A stretch of 64,000 nt of DNA from an uncultured Eubacteriales bacterium (GTDB taxonomy: Bacteria; Bacillota; Clostridia; Oscillospirales; CAG-272): assembly GCA_934467415.1 (NCBI GenBank), contig CAKSLQ010000003.1, positions 5,951 to 69,950 of the forward strand. Reading direction: 5' to 3'. Shown one piece after another: positions 16,800 through 27,122 of this stretch. Numbering within the stretch: the first letter of the stretch is position 1; each line of letters opens with the position of its first letter. Below the pieces are notes generated by a model. That model ran no database searches, was not told where the DNA came from, and saw only the letters and a program-made list of their open reading frames with translations. The position numbers were made by a program, and so were the translations under genes.

Positions 16800-17885
16800 A
16801 TGCATATTGTTTTTTTGGTTGCCAACCTTGCGTGCGGCGGCGTGGAGCGCACGGTGTCCTATCTCAGCAAATACTTTGCCGAGGCGGGGCACGACACCTC
16901 CATCATCTGCATCTCGGACGAGCAATTCTACGACATTGACGAAAAGGTCAATTTGATCAAACTGAACATCGCAAGCGCGGCGGGCGGCCGTCTCGACCGC
17001 TATAAGAAGATCGTCGAGCGCTTTGCGAAGATCCGTAAAGCCGTCAGGGCGACAAAGCCGGACTGCGTCGTCTGCCTCGACGCGGAGATGCTGCGCTTCA
17101 TCCGCCTGCAATACCGCTTCGGGCACTTCAAGTTGATCACCTCCGAGCGCACCAACCCGCTGATGAATTCCGAGCGGCAGCGCGCGGCGAAGTTTGCGTC
17201 CTACCGAAGGAGCGACGGCATCGTCTTTCAGACCGAGCGGGCGAAGAACTGCTTCCCGCCCGACATCGCGGCAAAGGGCGTCGTCATTCCGAACGCCGTC
17301 GGCAACGAATATGTGTTTCGGGCAGAGCCGCCCGCGGTGCGCCGTAAAGCGATCACGGCGGCAGGCCGCCTTTGCGCGCAGAAGGACTATCCCACGATGC
17401 TGCGCGCCTTTGCGCGCGTGCATGCGCGCCACCCCGATTTTGTGCTGGAGATCTACGGCGGCGGCGAGGACAGAGACGCGCTTGTGCGCCTTGCCGCCGA
17501 CCTTTCGCTTGCGGGCGCGGTACAGTTCAAGGGTGCCGTACCGGACGCCGTCTTGCAGGTGGCGTCTTCGTCCTGCTATGTGATGAGTTCCACCTATGAG
17601 GGGATGCCCAACGCGCTGATGGAGGCGCTGGCAGTCGGCACGCCGTCGGTGTCGACCGACTGCCCGTTCGGCCCCGCCGAGTTGATTCGCGACGGCGAAA
17701 ACGGGCTGCTCGTCCCCGTCGGGGACGACGCGGCGCTGGCAGACGCCGTTTGTCGCGTGATCGAAGACCCTGCCTTTGCCGCGCGCCTCGGCGATGCGGC
17801 AAAGGCTATCCTTGCCGAGCAGAGCATGGAGCGGATTTCACAGAAATACCTCGACTACATTCTGCACATCGCGCAAACCAAGTAA
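16800..17885 (+). CDS. glycosyltransferase family 4
   Basis: 361 aa. MHIVFLVANLACGGVERTV and STYEGMPNALMEALAVGTPSVSTDCPFGPAELI motifs. Confidence 0.9.
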   Translation: MHIVFLVANLACGGVERTVSYLSKYFAEAGHDTSIICISDEQFYDIDEKVNLIKLNIASAAGGRLDRYKKIVERFAKIRKAVRATKPDCVVCLDAEMLRFIRLQYRFGHFKLITSERTNPLMNSERQRAAKFASYRRSDGIVFQTERAKNCFPPDIAAKGVVIPNAVGNEYVFRAEPPAVRRKAITAAGRLCAQKDYPTMLRAFARVHARHPDFVLEIYGGGEDRDALVRLAADLSLAGAVQFKGAVPDAVLQVASSSCYVMSSTYEGMPNALMEALAVGTPSVSTDCPFGPAELIRDGENGLLVPVGDDAALADAVCRVIEDPAFAARLGDAAKAILAEQSMERISQKYLDYILHIAQTK

Positions 17886-17915
17886 GCTCTTAGCAGAGCG
17901 GAAAAGGAGAATTTC

Positions 17916-19253
17916 ATGAAAACCGCTGCCTTAAAGAAGACAGTCTCGACTTCGCCGTTCATACCAAGCCTCTGTATCCTCATCGTCCTGCTGTTTTTGC
18001 GGGACTTTGCCGGGATGCCGATTCCGTCCTTCCTCTTTCTGGGGCTGACGGTCATTGTCGCCGTACTTGCGGAGAAGACTGAGGTCATTGCCTATTGCTT
18101 TTGCTGCATTCCGACGCTGAACGCCTTTCAGACCAAATATGCGCTGTGGATCTGCATCATTATTTACTTACTTCGCTTCAAGCCGAAGAAGTTTGCCATC
18201 GCGCCGATGGCGCCGATTCTGTTTCTGATAATCTGGGAGGTTGTGCACGGCTTTGCGGGGACAACCTCGCTTGTCCAGGTGTTCCGCCTGTTCACCGAAC
18301 TCAGCTTCTGCTGCTTTGTCATGGCGCTTGCAGCCGAGGACCTGGATTTCAACCGCATCATCCGCGCCATGTCCGCGGTGGCGGTCAGCGTCTGTGCCAT
18401 TATTCTGCTCGGCCAGTTGAAGCAATATCATTACCAGGTCAGCGCACTGTTCTCCGGTACGTTCCGCCTTGGCTTCGGCGTGGACGAAACCCAGATGTCG
18501 GTCGGTTTCAACCCGAACTACCTCTCCTACATGTGCCTTTGCTGCATCGAGGGGCTTGCCTGCATCGTGTACAAGCATCAGCAGAAAATCGTGGATACGG
18601 TTTGCATTATTGCGCTGGGTATCTTCGGTCTTCTGACCATGTCCAAAAAATTCATTGTCTGCGCGGTGATATTCATCTTTCTGTTTGCCTTCGGCCGCAA
18701 GCGGAAGATTCGGACGCTGCTTGGCATCATGGCGATCCTCGCTGTCGTGTGGTTCATCTTCCAGAAAGGGTTTCCAACGGCGTATGAGGCATTGATGGCG
18801 CGCTTTGAATACGGCGATCTCACTACCGGGCGCGGCGACATTTTTGCCTATTTCCATGAGCAGCTCTCGCAGGATACAGGCTTACTGCTCTTCGGCGTCG
18901 GTTTGCAGGATTACCGGTACAAGCTGCTCACCCGCTATATGTCGAGTATCCCGCACAACGGCTTCCAGGAGCTGCTCGTGATGTGGGGCATCCCCGGTCT
19001 TATCGCTTTCGTTCTCTTCCTCTGGCTGATGGTTCGCCGCGCAAAACGGCTGAATCCCCATATCCGTTTCATCAACTATGTGCCGTTTTTGGTTATGCTG
19101 GCCAATGTGCAGGTTACGCAGATGGCGTCATCCAGCCTTGTATGCGTACTGATTGCCGTTGTGTATCTCTGCATGGTCACCGATCTGCGCCCACAGACAG
19201 GTATGCTCGGCATGAATGAGGAAATGACGGGAGCACAACATGTCGGCGAATGA
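17916..19253 (+). CDS. O-antigen polymerase/ligase family (Wzy-like) membrane protein
   Basis: 445 aa with about 10 or more hydrophobic segments, a large loop, and IPHNGFQELLVMWGIPGL (Wzy_C-type motif). Visibly lower GC than its neighbours. Confidence 0.75.
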   Translation: MKTAALKKTVSTSPFIPSLCILIVLLFLRDFAGMPIPSFLFLGLTVIVAVLAEKTEVIAYCFCCIPTLNAFQTKYALWICIIIYLLRFKPKKFAIAPMAPILFLIIWEVVHGFAGTTSLVQVFRLFTELSFCCFVMALAAEDLDFNRIIRAMSAVAVSVCAIILLGQLKQYHYQVSALFSGTFRLGFGVDETQMSVGFNPNYLSYMCLCCIEGLACIVYKHQQKIVDTVCIIALGIFGLLTMSKKFIVCAVIFIFLFAFGRKRKIRTLLGIMAILAVVWFIFQKGFPTAYEALMARFEYGDLTTGRGDIFAYFHEQLSQDTGLLLFGVGLQDYRYKLLTRYMSSIPHNGFQELLVMWGIPGLIAFVLFLWLMVRRAKRLNPHIRFINYVPFLVMLANVQVTQMASSSLVCVLIAVVYLCMVTDLRPQTGMLGMNEEMTGAQHVGE

Positions 19254-20760
19254 AAACAGACTGAAAAAAGCCTTTTACAGCTCGGTGACTTCAGCTGTCT
19301 ACCAACTTTGCGTGATTGTCTGCGGCTTTGTCACCTCCCGCCTGATCGTTGGCGCTTACGGCTCCTCCTGGAATGGTGTGGTCGCGTCAATCACCAAGTT
19401 TCTCGGGCTGTTCTCCATCGTGGAGGTCGGTATCAACGGCGCCACGCGCGTGGCGCTCTACAAGTCGCTGGCTGCCGGGAATGCGCGAGAGACCAGCGCC
19501 ATTATCAACGCCAACGACCGGTATTACCGGCAGATTTCCTTTGTCCTTGCAGGCTATGTGCTGATGCTTGCCGCTGTGGTGCCGCTGCTGGTTAATGCCG
19601 AGATTCCCTATTTTGCCATCTTCGCGATGGTCATTATCATCGGCATCAGCAAGTTTGCGGAGAACTGCTTCGGCATCAACAGCAAGATTCTGCTTGCCGC
19701 AAGCCAGACCAACTATGTGACCAACAGCATTCAGGCGGCGGCGACGGTGATAAACGCGCTGCTCCTCGTGCTGATCGTGAAGACAGGCGGCTCCATCTTT
19801 GCCGCCAAGACCGGCAGCAGTGCGATTTTGGTAATCATCCCCATCCTGCTCTACATCATTTCGCATAAGATGTTCCGCATCGACAAGACGGTGCCGCCGG
19901 ACGACCGCGCGCTGAAGGGGCGCTGGGATGTCCTTGCCAACTCGCTGTCCAATATCGTGCATGAGAATGTCGACGTCTTCTTCATCACGGTGTTCTGCGC
20001 GTCCACCGAACTGTCGGTGTACGCCATGTATTATGTGGTTGCCGACGGGCTGACCAAGGTCTTTCAGGTCATCACAAACGGGCTGGAGGCGGGATTCGGC
20101 AACATGTGGGCGCGCGGCGAGACCGACACGCTACGCCGCAGTTTGCGCCAGTATGAGTACATCATCTATGCGCTTGCCGCGCTGCTGTTCGGGTGCATGA
20201 CCGTCCTTATCGTGCCGTTCATGTCGGTGTACATGCGCGGCATCACGGATGTAAACTATCTGCGCGTGCCGCTCGGCGTCAGCATCGCCGTGGCGCAGAT
20301 TTTCATGAGCATCCGCACGCCGTATGTGCTGCTGGTACAGGCGGCGGGGCATTACAGGCAGGTGAAGGTCGCCGGGTATGTCGAGGCGGGCATCAACATT
20401 GTGCTCACCGCCGTGCTGGTGTTGCGGTTCGGCATCGTCGGCGCCATTGTCGGCACCATCATTGCCAATGTGTTCCGCACGGTCATGTACGGCTGGTATG
20501 TCTCAAAGCATATGATAGAGCGCAGCTTTTCGGAGATTGTCAAGCGCTTCTTATGGATGGCGCTTGTGTTTGGCATTGCGGTCGGCGCGTCCGCCCTTGC
20601 TTTGTCGGGGATAGCGGTCACCGGCTGGATGTCCTGGCTGCTGGCGGCGGCTGTCACTTTCGGCATCCATGCCGCAGTGCTTGTCGCGGCGTCTCTCCTT
20701 TTCTATCGCGACGACCTGAAAAACTGCATTTCGCTCTTCCGCCGCCTCTTCCGGCGGTAA
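19240..20760 (+). CDS. polysaccharide flippase (Wzx / MOP superfamily)
   Basis: 506 aa polytopic membrane protein. The position next to wzy and the overall topology fit a Wzx flippase. 14-nt overlap with wzy. Confidence 0.75.
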   Translation: MSANENRLKKAFYSSVTSAVYQLCVIVCGFVTSRLIVGAYGSSWNGVVASITKFLGLFSIVEVGINGATRVALYKSLAAGNARETSAIINANDRYYRQISFVLAGYVLMLAAVVPLLVNAEIPYFAIFAMVIIIGISKFAENCFGINSKILLAASQTNYVTNSIQAAATVINALLLVLIVKTGGSIFAAKTGSSAILVIIPILLYIISHKMFRIDKTVPPDDRALKGRWDVLANSLSNIVHENVDVFFITVFCASTELSVYAMYYVVADGLTKVFQVITNGLEAGFGNMWARGETDTLRRSLRQYEYIIYALAALLFGCMTVLIVPFMSVYMRGITDVNYLRVPLGVSIAVAQIFMSIRTPYVLLVQAAGHYRQVKVAGYVEAGINIVLTAVLVLRFGIVGAIVGTIIANVFRTVMYGWYVSKHMIERSFSEIVKRFLWMALVFGIAVGASALALSGIAVTGWMSWLLAAAVTFGIHAAVLVAASLLFYRDDLKNCISLFRRLFRR

Positions 20761-20797
20761 CTTCGGCAAATCCAATGCGCAGAAAGGCTTGAATCAC

Positions 20798-21964
20798 ATG
20801 GAAAACAAAGAACAAAGGGGCATCGGGCTATGCCTTGCCTTCAAGGGCGCCAATTACGGCGCGCTGCTGCAATCCTTTGCCACGCAGTATCAACTGGACA
20901 AGCGCGGCATCTATTCCGAGGTGCTGGATTACACGCGCGGCAAGACCAACAAGTATATTTTCTCGCCCGAGGCGTTTCTTTTCCTGTCCGTCAAAAAACT
21001 GTGGATGTTTTTTGACGCGAAGTTTGCAAAGCAGCCGGTGCTTGACGAGCTGCACCGCCGCAACAAGGCGGAGCGCGCCGAGATCGCAAAGGATTTCTGC
21101 CGCCGCAGACTGCACAACATCGTCAAGTTAAACGGCTATGACGAGTTGACGGCGCACGCCGCAACCTACAAAGCGGTCATGGTCGGCAGCGACCAGCTCT
21201 GGCCGCCGGATGTGTCCTTCTCCAACTATCTTTCGCTGATGTTTGCGCCCGCGGGCGTGCGGCGCATTTCCTATGCGACCAGCACCGGCGTTGCAAAATA
21301 CCCGTGGTTTGTCTATCGGCAGGCGCGCGTCTTCTTAAACAAGATCGACTTTCTGAGCGTGCGCGAGCAGGCGGGCTATGAGATTATCAAGAAGATCACC
21401 GGCAGGGATGCCAAAGTCGTGTGCGACCCAACCTATCTCATTCCGAAGGCGGAGTGGGAGGAACTGATCGAGAAAAAGGAAGTCGTCGAGAGCGGCTATG
21501 TCTTCAGTTTCTTCCTCGGCTGCAACGAGAAGATGAAGCGGCTGGTGCGGCAGTATGCCGACGCGCACGGACTGCGCGTTGTGTGCATCCTGAGCAACGA
21601 GGTCGTCGAGGACGACAGTTTCTATGCCGACGAGATCCTCACCGGCAAGACACCGGAGGAGTTCATCAACCTCATTCGCCATGCCGAATGCGTTTTTACG
21701 GATTCGTTCCATGCGTTCACCTTCTCGGTCATCAACGAGAAGGAAGTCTATGTTTCCTACCGCGTCAAAAAGGGCGTGCGCCCGCGCAACCAGCGCATTG
21801 ACAACATCGTGCGGAAGTTCGGGGTGGAAAACCGCCTCGTGAAGGACCCCGAGCACTATGTGTTTGACGACAAGCCGATCGACTACGCGCGGGTCACCGC
21901 CGCGGTCGATGCTTTCCGCGCAGAGTCGGCGGCATTCCTCGACAGCGCGGTTGTGGGGTGCTGA
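20798..21964 (+). CDS. polysaccharide pyruvyl transferase family protein
   Basis: Trimmed to ATG 20798. Motifs KGANYGALLQSFA, MVGSDQLWPP, VCDPTYL and FTDSFHAFTFSV, as in CsaB/WcaK-type pyruvyl transferases. Confidence 0.8.
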   Translation: MENKEQRGIGLCLAFKGANYGALLQSFATQYQLDKRGIYSEVLDYTRGKTNKYIFSPEAFLFLSVKKLWMFFDAKFAKQPVLDELHRRNKAERAEIAKDFCRRRLHNIVKLNGYDELTAHAATYKAVMVGSDQLWPPDVSFSNYLSLMFAPAGVRRISYATSTGVAKYPWFVYRQARVFLNKIDFLSVREQAGYEIIKKITGRDAKVVCDPTYLIPKAEWEELIEKKEVVESGYVFSFFLGCNEKMKRLVRQYADAHGLRVVCILSNEVVEDDSFYADEILTGKTPEEFINLIRHAECVFTDSFHAFTFSVINEKEVYVSYRVKKGVRPRNQRIDNIVRKFGVENRLVKDPEHYVFDDKPIDYARVTAAVDAFRAESAAFLDSAVVGC

Positions 21965-23163
21965 CGGTGGAGACGCAGACGAAGAAAACCGCACTGTACA
22001 GCGACAAAGCCGATTGCTGCGGCTGCGGTGCATGCGCCGTCGCCTGTCCGCGCGGCATCGTGCAGATGGAGGCGGACGACGAGGGCTTTCTGTACCCGCT
22101 TCTGACGGATGCCGCGCGCTGCATCGGCTGCGGCCGATGTGACGCCGTGTGCCCGGTGCAGCACGCGGACGAGATCCATTCGCAGTTTACGAGGGCCTAT
22201 GCCGGCTGGTGCGCCGACGGCAGCGGGGTAAACTCCGCGTCGGGCGGCGCGGCTTTCGCCCTTGCGCGGGCGGTGCTCGCGGACGGCGGCGTTGTCTTCG
22301 GCGTGCGGTATACCGACGACTGCCGCGCCGCCGTGTATACGCGCGTCGAAACCGAGGCGGCGCTTGCCGCAACGCGCACCTCCAAGTACATACAGGCGCG
22401 GAAAAACAAGGTTTACGCCGAGGTGAAGGACGACCTTGCCGCCGGGCGGCAGGTGCTGTTTATCGGTCTGCCGTGCGACACCTTCGCCGTGAAAAAATAT
22501 GTCGGCGACAGCGCAGGGCTGCTCACCGTCTCGCTGATCTGCCATGGACCGACCTCCGAGCGGGTGCATGCCGCATACCTTGACGCGTTGGAGCAAAAGC
22601 AGCACAGCACCGCCGCGGACATCAACGTGCGCTATAAGAAGGACGGGCACTGGAAGCCGTACTACATCCGCACCCGCTTTGCAAACGGGGCAGAGACCCT
22701 GCAAAAGTTTCAGGCGACCGACTACGATGCGGCATTTCAGCAATTTAAGCGGCCGTCCTGTTCGGCATGCCGCTTCCGCAAGGACAAATTTGCCGCCGAT
22801 TTGCTGATCGGCGACTTTCACAGCGCGGAGAAGGGCACCGATGCCTACAACGAGCAGGGCGTGTCCTCTGTTCTGCCGCTGACCGCTGCGGGCGAAGCGC
22901 TGCTGCGCCGCCTTGGCGATAGTTTTGTGCTGCGCGAGGTCGACCTTCGCCGCTCTGTCAGCCAGCGTGCGGTGCACAGTTCGGTGCCCGCCGTCATCGA
23001 CCGCGCGGCATTTGCCGCCGCGCTTAACGAAAAGGGGCTGCACGCCGCCTGCCGCACGCCGGACATGCGGCGAAAACTGCGGGAAACGCGGAAGCGCCGC
23101 GCCGTCTTCTTTGTGAAGAGCACGGCGTACCGCGCGCTGAAGCGGCTGCATATCGTCAGGTAA
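21958..23163 (+). CDS. FrhB/FdhB-like (coenzyme F420 hydrogenase beta-subunit family) iron-sulfur flavoprotein
   Basis: 401 aa. Two ferredoxin-type motifs CCGCGACAVACP and CIGCGRCDAVCP, then an FrhB-like body (ASGGAAFALARAVL, FIGLPCDTFAVKKY). GTG start overlaps the pyruvyl-transferase stop. Confidence 0.75.
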   Translation: MLTVETQTKKTALYSDKADCCGCGACAVACPRGIVQMEADDEGFLYPLLTDAARCIGCGRCDAVCPVQHADEIHSQFTRAYAGWCADGSGVNSASGGAAFALARAVLADGGVVFGVRYTDDCRAAVYTRVETEAALAATRTSKYIQARKNKVYAEVKDDLAAGRQVLFIGLPCDTFAVKKYVGDSAGLLTVSLICHGPTSERVHAAYLDALEQKQHSTAADINVRYKKDGHWKPYYIRTRFANGAETLQKFQATDYDAAFQQFKRPSCSACRFRKDKFAADLLIGDFHSAEKGTDAYNEQGVSSVLPLTAAGEALLRRLGDSFVLREVDLRRSVSQRAVHSSVPAVIDRAAFAAALNEKGLHAACRTPDMRRKLRETRKRRAVFFVKSTAYRALKRLHIVR

Positions 23164-23187
23164 ATCTGTCAAGTAAAGGAGCCTTTT

Positions 23188-24261
23188 ATGCTATCTCCGA
23201 ATGTCAGACTGCAAAATCAGACCATCTTTGTCACCGGCGCGGCCGGGTTTATCGGCGCGAACCTGGTGATGGAACTGCTCCGTCGCGCGGGCGCTTCGGT
23301 CGTTGTCGGGCTGGACAATATGAACGACTACTATGATGTGTCCATCAAGGAATACCGCCTCGGCGAGATCGAGCGGCTGGCGGCGGCGCATCCCGGGACG
23401 GCGTGGCACTTCGTGCGCGGCAGCATCGCCGACCGCGAGACGGTGGAGCGCATCTTTACCGAATATGCCCCCGCCGTCGTCGTCAATCTGGCGGCGCAGG
23501 CGGGTGTGCGCTATTCCATCACCAACCCGGATGTGTATATTGAGTCGAACCTGATCGGTTTTTACAACATTCTCGAGGCGTGCCGCCGACATCCGGTGGA
23601 GCACCTGGTGTATGCGTCCTCGTCCTCGGTCTACGGCTCCAACAAGAAAGTACCCTATGCCGTGGAGGACAAGGTGGACAACCCGGTCAGCCTCTATGCC
23701 GCTACCAAGAAATCGAATGAGCTGATGGCACATGCGTACAGCAAGCTGTACGACATTCCGTCTACCGGCCTGCGCTTTTTCACGGTGTACGGTCCTGCGG
23801 GGCGACCGGACATGGCCTACTTCGGGTTCACCGACAAGCTGCTGCGCGGCGAGACCATCAAGATCTTCAACTACGGCAACTGCAAGCGCGACTTCACCTA
23901 TGTGGACGACATCGTCGAGGGCATTCTGCGCGTGATGCAGCGCGCGCCGGAGAAACAGACCGGCGAGGACGGCTTGCCCGTCCCGCCCTACCGCATCTAC
24001 AACATCGGCAATCAGAATCCCGAGAATCTGCTCGACTTCGTGCAGATTCTGCAGGAGGAACTGGTGCGCGCGGGCGTGCTGCCCGCCGACTATGACTTTG
24101 CCGCGCACCGCGAACTTGTGCCGATGCAGCCGGGCGATGTGCCCGTGACCTATGCGGACACCTCCGCGCTGGAGCGCGACACCGGCTTCAAACCCTCCAC
24201 GCCGCTGCGTGAAGGACTGCGCCGCTTTGCCGCATGGTACAAGGAATTTTACAGGGTGTAA
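23188..24261 (+). CDS. NAD-dependent epimerase, UDP-glucuronate 4-epimerase-like
   Basis: 357 aa. GAAGFIGANL Rossmann motif, SSSSVYG, and YAATKKSNELMAHAYSKLYDIPSTGLRFFTVYGPAGRPDMAYF (YxxxK). Confidence 0.85.
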   Translation: MLSPNVRLQNQTIFVTGAAGFIGANLVMELLRRAGASVVVGLDNMNDYYDVSIKEYRLGEIERLAAAHPGTAWHFVRGSIADRETVERIFTEYAPAVVVNLAAQAGVRYSITNPDVYIESNLIGFYNILEACRRHPVEHLVYASSSSVYGSNKKVPYAVEDKVDNPVSLYAATKKSNELMAHAYSKLYDIPSTGLRFFTVYGPAGRPDMAYFGFTDKLLRGETIKIFNYGNCKRDFTYVDDIVEGILRVMQRAPEKQTGEDGLPVPPYRIYNIGNQNPENLLDFVQILQEELVRAGVLPADYDFAAHRELVPMQPGDVPVTYADTSALERDTGFKPSTPLREGLRRFAAWYKEFYRV

Positions 24262-24273
24262 GGACAGACGCGA

Positions 24274-25452
24274 ATGACAGCATTTGAACAAGATATTGTC
24301 GCCCTGGTGCGCGGCGCGCTCACGGGCGACACGCCGACGCTTTCCGCAGAGGCTGACTATGCGCGCATATTTGAATTCGGCAAGCGGCAGCAGATCATCT
24401 ACCTGCTCTATGCCGGGCTCTGCCTTGTGGACGGCTTTGAGGAGAGTGCGGCAGGCATGGGCTTTTTGCAGGCGGCGTGCAGCGCGATGGCGGCAGGCGC
24501 CCGCCAGCAGCAGGAGATCGAGCAGCTGCGCACGGCGTTCTCCGCCCGGGGCATCGACTTCATACCGCTCAAAGGCACGCTGCTGCGCGCGCTGTATCCC
24601 ACGCCCGAGATGCGGCAGATGGGCGACGCGGATTTTCTGATTCGGGAGGCGCAGGAGGAGGCGGCAGCCGAGGTGATGCGCGCGCTCGGGTACACGGGCG
24701 AGGCACACGAGGTGGTCTGGCAGAAGCCGGGGGTGCTCACCGTGGAACTGCCGCACGACCTCATTGCCGAAAAGCATGCCGACCTGCACGCCTATTATGC
24801 AGCGTACGACATCTGGGCGCACGCTAAACCGGTTGCGGGCAGTGAGTACCGCATGACGCCGGAGGACGAGTACATCTTCGACTTCCTGCATTTTGTCAAG
24901 CACTTCCGCACAAGCGGCGCGGGGCTGCGCCATGTGATCGATCTGTATCTGCTGAAAGCGCGCGGTCCGGCGCTCGATGAGGCGGTCCTTTGCGACTGCT
25001 TTACGGCGCTCGGCTGCATGGATTTCTACCGAAACATCTGCGCGCTTGCGGACTGCTGGTTCGGGCAGGGGACAGAGACTGCGGTGATCGGGCGGATCGT
25101 CTCGCTTTTGTTTGCGGGCGGCATCTACGGGGATGCAAAGACCGCAGAGCGCACCCGGCATGCGCACTATCGTGAGCAGTATCGGTTTGCCGGGGCGGCA
25201 AATTGGCTGCACACGGCGTGCCCGCCGCTCGCACAGCAGAAGAAGCGCTATCCTATCCTAAAGAAAGCGCCGTTTCTTCTGCCGTTTACCTGGATCTTAC
25301 ACGGGTTTGTCGTGCTGTTCCGCCGCCCGGCGACCATCGGCAGCGTCACCGACGCCGCAAGGAAGATTGACCGGGATACGGACAACGACCGCTTTGCCGA
25401 ACTTGCGGCGGTCGGCTTGCGGGTGAACAAGGATACATTCTCAAAGAAATAA
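24274..25452 (+). CDS. uncharacterised nucleotidyltransferase family protein (NTP_transf_5-like)
   Basis: 392 aa. [27 protein letters not shown] matches the family signature as I remember it. Confidence 0.55.
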   Translation: MTAFEQDIVALVRGALTGDTPTLSAEADYARIFEFGKRQQIIYLLYAGLCLVDGFEESAAGMGFLQAACSAMAAGARQQQEIEQLRTAFSARGIDFIPLKGTLLRALYPTPEMRQMGDADFLIREAQEEAAAEVMRALGYTGEAHEVVWQKPGVLTVELPHDLIAEKHADLHAYYAAYDIWAHAKPVAGSEYRMTPEDEYIFDFLHFVKHFRTSGAGLRHVIDLYLLKARGPALDEAVLCDCFTALGCMDFYRNICALADCWFGQGTETAVIGRIVSLLFAGGIYGDAKTAERTRHAHYREQYRFAGAANWLHTACPPLAQQKKRYPILKKAPFLLPFTWILHGFVVLFRRPATIGSVTDAARKIDRDTDNDRFAELAAVGLRVNKDTFSKK

Positions 25453-25469
25453 GACAGAGGAGATTCCAT

Positions 25470-26702
25470 ATGAAAATTGCAGTTGCGGGAACGGGGTATG
25501 TCGGGCTGTCGCTGGCGGTGCTGCTGGCGGGACATCACACGGTGACGGCGGTGGACATCGTCCCGGAGAAGGTGGAACTGATCAACCAACGCAAGTCGCC
25601 GATTCAGGATGACTGTATCGAGGAATTCCTGGCGACCAAGCAGCTTGATCTGACGGCGACGCTGGATGCAAAGGCGGCGTACAGCGACGCGGATTTCGTC
25701 ATCATCGCGGCGCCGACCAACTACGACAGCAAGAAGAACTTCTTTGACACCTCGGCGGTCGAGGCGGTGATCGAGCTGGTGCTTGCCTGCAATCCGCACG
25801 CCGTCATGGTCATCAAGTCCACCATTCCGGTCGGCTACACGGCGTCGGTGCGGGCAAAGTACAACACCGAGAACATCCTGTTCAGCCCCGAATTTCTGCG
25901 CGAGAGCCGTGCGCTCTACGACAACCTCTATCCGTCCCGCATCATCGTCGGCACGGATATGGCAAATCCGCGCCTCGTCGAGGCGGCGCACACCTTTGCC
26001 GCGCTTTTGCAGGAGGGCGCGATCAAGGAGAACATCGACACGCTGTTCATGGGTTTCACCGAGGCGGAGGCGGTCAAGCTGTTTGCCAACACCTATCTGG
26101 CCCTGCGCGTCAGCTATTTCAACGAGCTGGACACCTATGCCGAGATGAAAGGGCTGAATACGAAGGAGATCATCGACGGCGTTTGCCTTGACCCGCGCAT
26201 CGGCGGGCATTACAACAATCCCAGCTTCGGCTACGGCGGCTACTGCCTGCCGAAGGACACGAAGCAGCTGCTGGCCAATTATGCGGATGTGCCCGAGAAC
26301 CTGATTGAGGCGATTGTCGAGTCCAACCGCACGCGCAAGGACTTTATCGCCGACCGGGTGCTGGAAATGGCGGGCGCTTATGCGGCCAACGACAGCTTCG
26401 ACGAGAGTCGGGAACACCCGGTGACGATCGGCGTCTACCGCCTGACGATGAAGTCGAACAGCGACAACTTCCGGCAGAGCTCGATTCAGGGCGTGATGAA
26501 GCGCATCAAGGCCAAGGGGGCGACCGTCATCATCTACGAGCCGACACTGAAGGACGGCGAGACCTTCTTCGGCAGTGTGGTCGTCAACAATCTCGATGCA
26601 TTCAAGGCGCAGAGTATGGCGATCATCGCCAACCGCTATGATGTCTGCCTCGACGACGTCAAGGATAAGGTCTACACGCGCGACCTCTACCGTCGGGACT
26701 GA
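25470..26702 (+). CDS. ugd: UDP-glucose 6-dehydrogenase
   Basis: 410 aa. [14 protein letters not shown] Rossmann motif and catalytic [12 protein letters not shown] motif. Confidence 0.95.
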   Translation: MKIAVAGTGYVGLSLAVLLAGHHTVTAVDIVPEKVELINQRKSPIQDDCIEEFLATKQLDLTATLDAKAAYSDADFVIIAAPTNYDSKKNFFDTSAVEAVIELVLACNPHAVMVIKSTIPVGYTASVRAKYNTENILFSPEFLRESRALYDNLYPSRIIVGTDMANPRLVEAAHTFAALLQEGAIKENIDTLFMGFTEAEAVKLFANTYLALRVSYFNELDTYAEMKGLNTKEIIDGVCLDPRIGGHYNNPSFGYGGYCLPKDTKQLLANYADVPENLIEAIVESNRTRKDFIADRVLEMAGAYAANDSFDESREHPVTIGVYRLTMKSNSDNFRQSSIQGVMKRIKAKGATVIIYEPTLKDGETFFGSVVVNNLDAFKAQSMAIIANRYDVCLDDVKDKVYTRDLYRRD

Positions 26703-26710
26703 GCACGCAA

Positions 26711-26748
26711 GAAAGCCCTGCAAAACCGTGGTTTTGCAGGGCTTTTTC
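26711..26748. terminator. bidirectional rho-independent terminator (ugd / mscL)
   Basis: aaagccctgcaaaacc-gtg-gttttgcagggcttttt, with A-run and T-run flanks. Confidence 0.9.
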
Positions 26749-26759
26749 CATGCGTGCTT

Positions 26760-27122
26760 TTATTTCGCTTCCGGTTCTTCCTTGCGCTTTTTCTGGAGCT
26801 TTGTGAAGACGCGGAGCACCGTGAAGATGGTGAGTGCGACGATCAGAAAGTCGATGACGCTCTGGATGAAGTTGCCGTAGCAGAGCGCGGTCTCCGCCGT
26901 GGCGACGCTGCCGTCCGCCGCGTAGACCGCCTCGCGGATGACCCACTTCCAGTCGGTCACGTTGAGGCCGCCGACAAGCAGACTGACGAGCGGCATGATG
27001 ACGTCGTTGACCAGCGAGGACACGATCTTGTTGAACGCGCCGCCGATGACGACACCGACGGCCATATCGACAACGTTGCCTTTTGCAATGAATTCCTTGA
27101 AATCAGCAGAAAACTTACCCAT
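26760..27122 (-). CDS. mscL: large-conductance mechanosensitive channel
   Basis: ORF trimmed to the ATG giving MGKFSADFKEFIAKGNVVDMAVGVVIGGAFNKIV (GGAGGA 6 nt upstream). Canonical MscL N terminus. Confidence 0.95.
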   Translation of the reverse strand: MGKFSADFKEFIAKGNVVDMAVGVVIGGAFNKIVSSLVNDVIMPLVSLLVGGLNVTDWKWVIREAVYAADGSVATAETALCYGNFIQSVIDFLIVALTIFTVLRVFTKLQKKRKEEPEAK

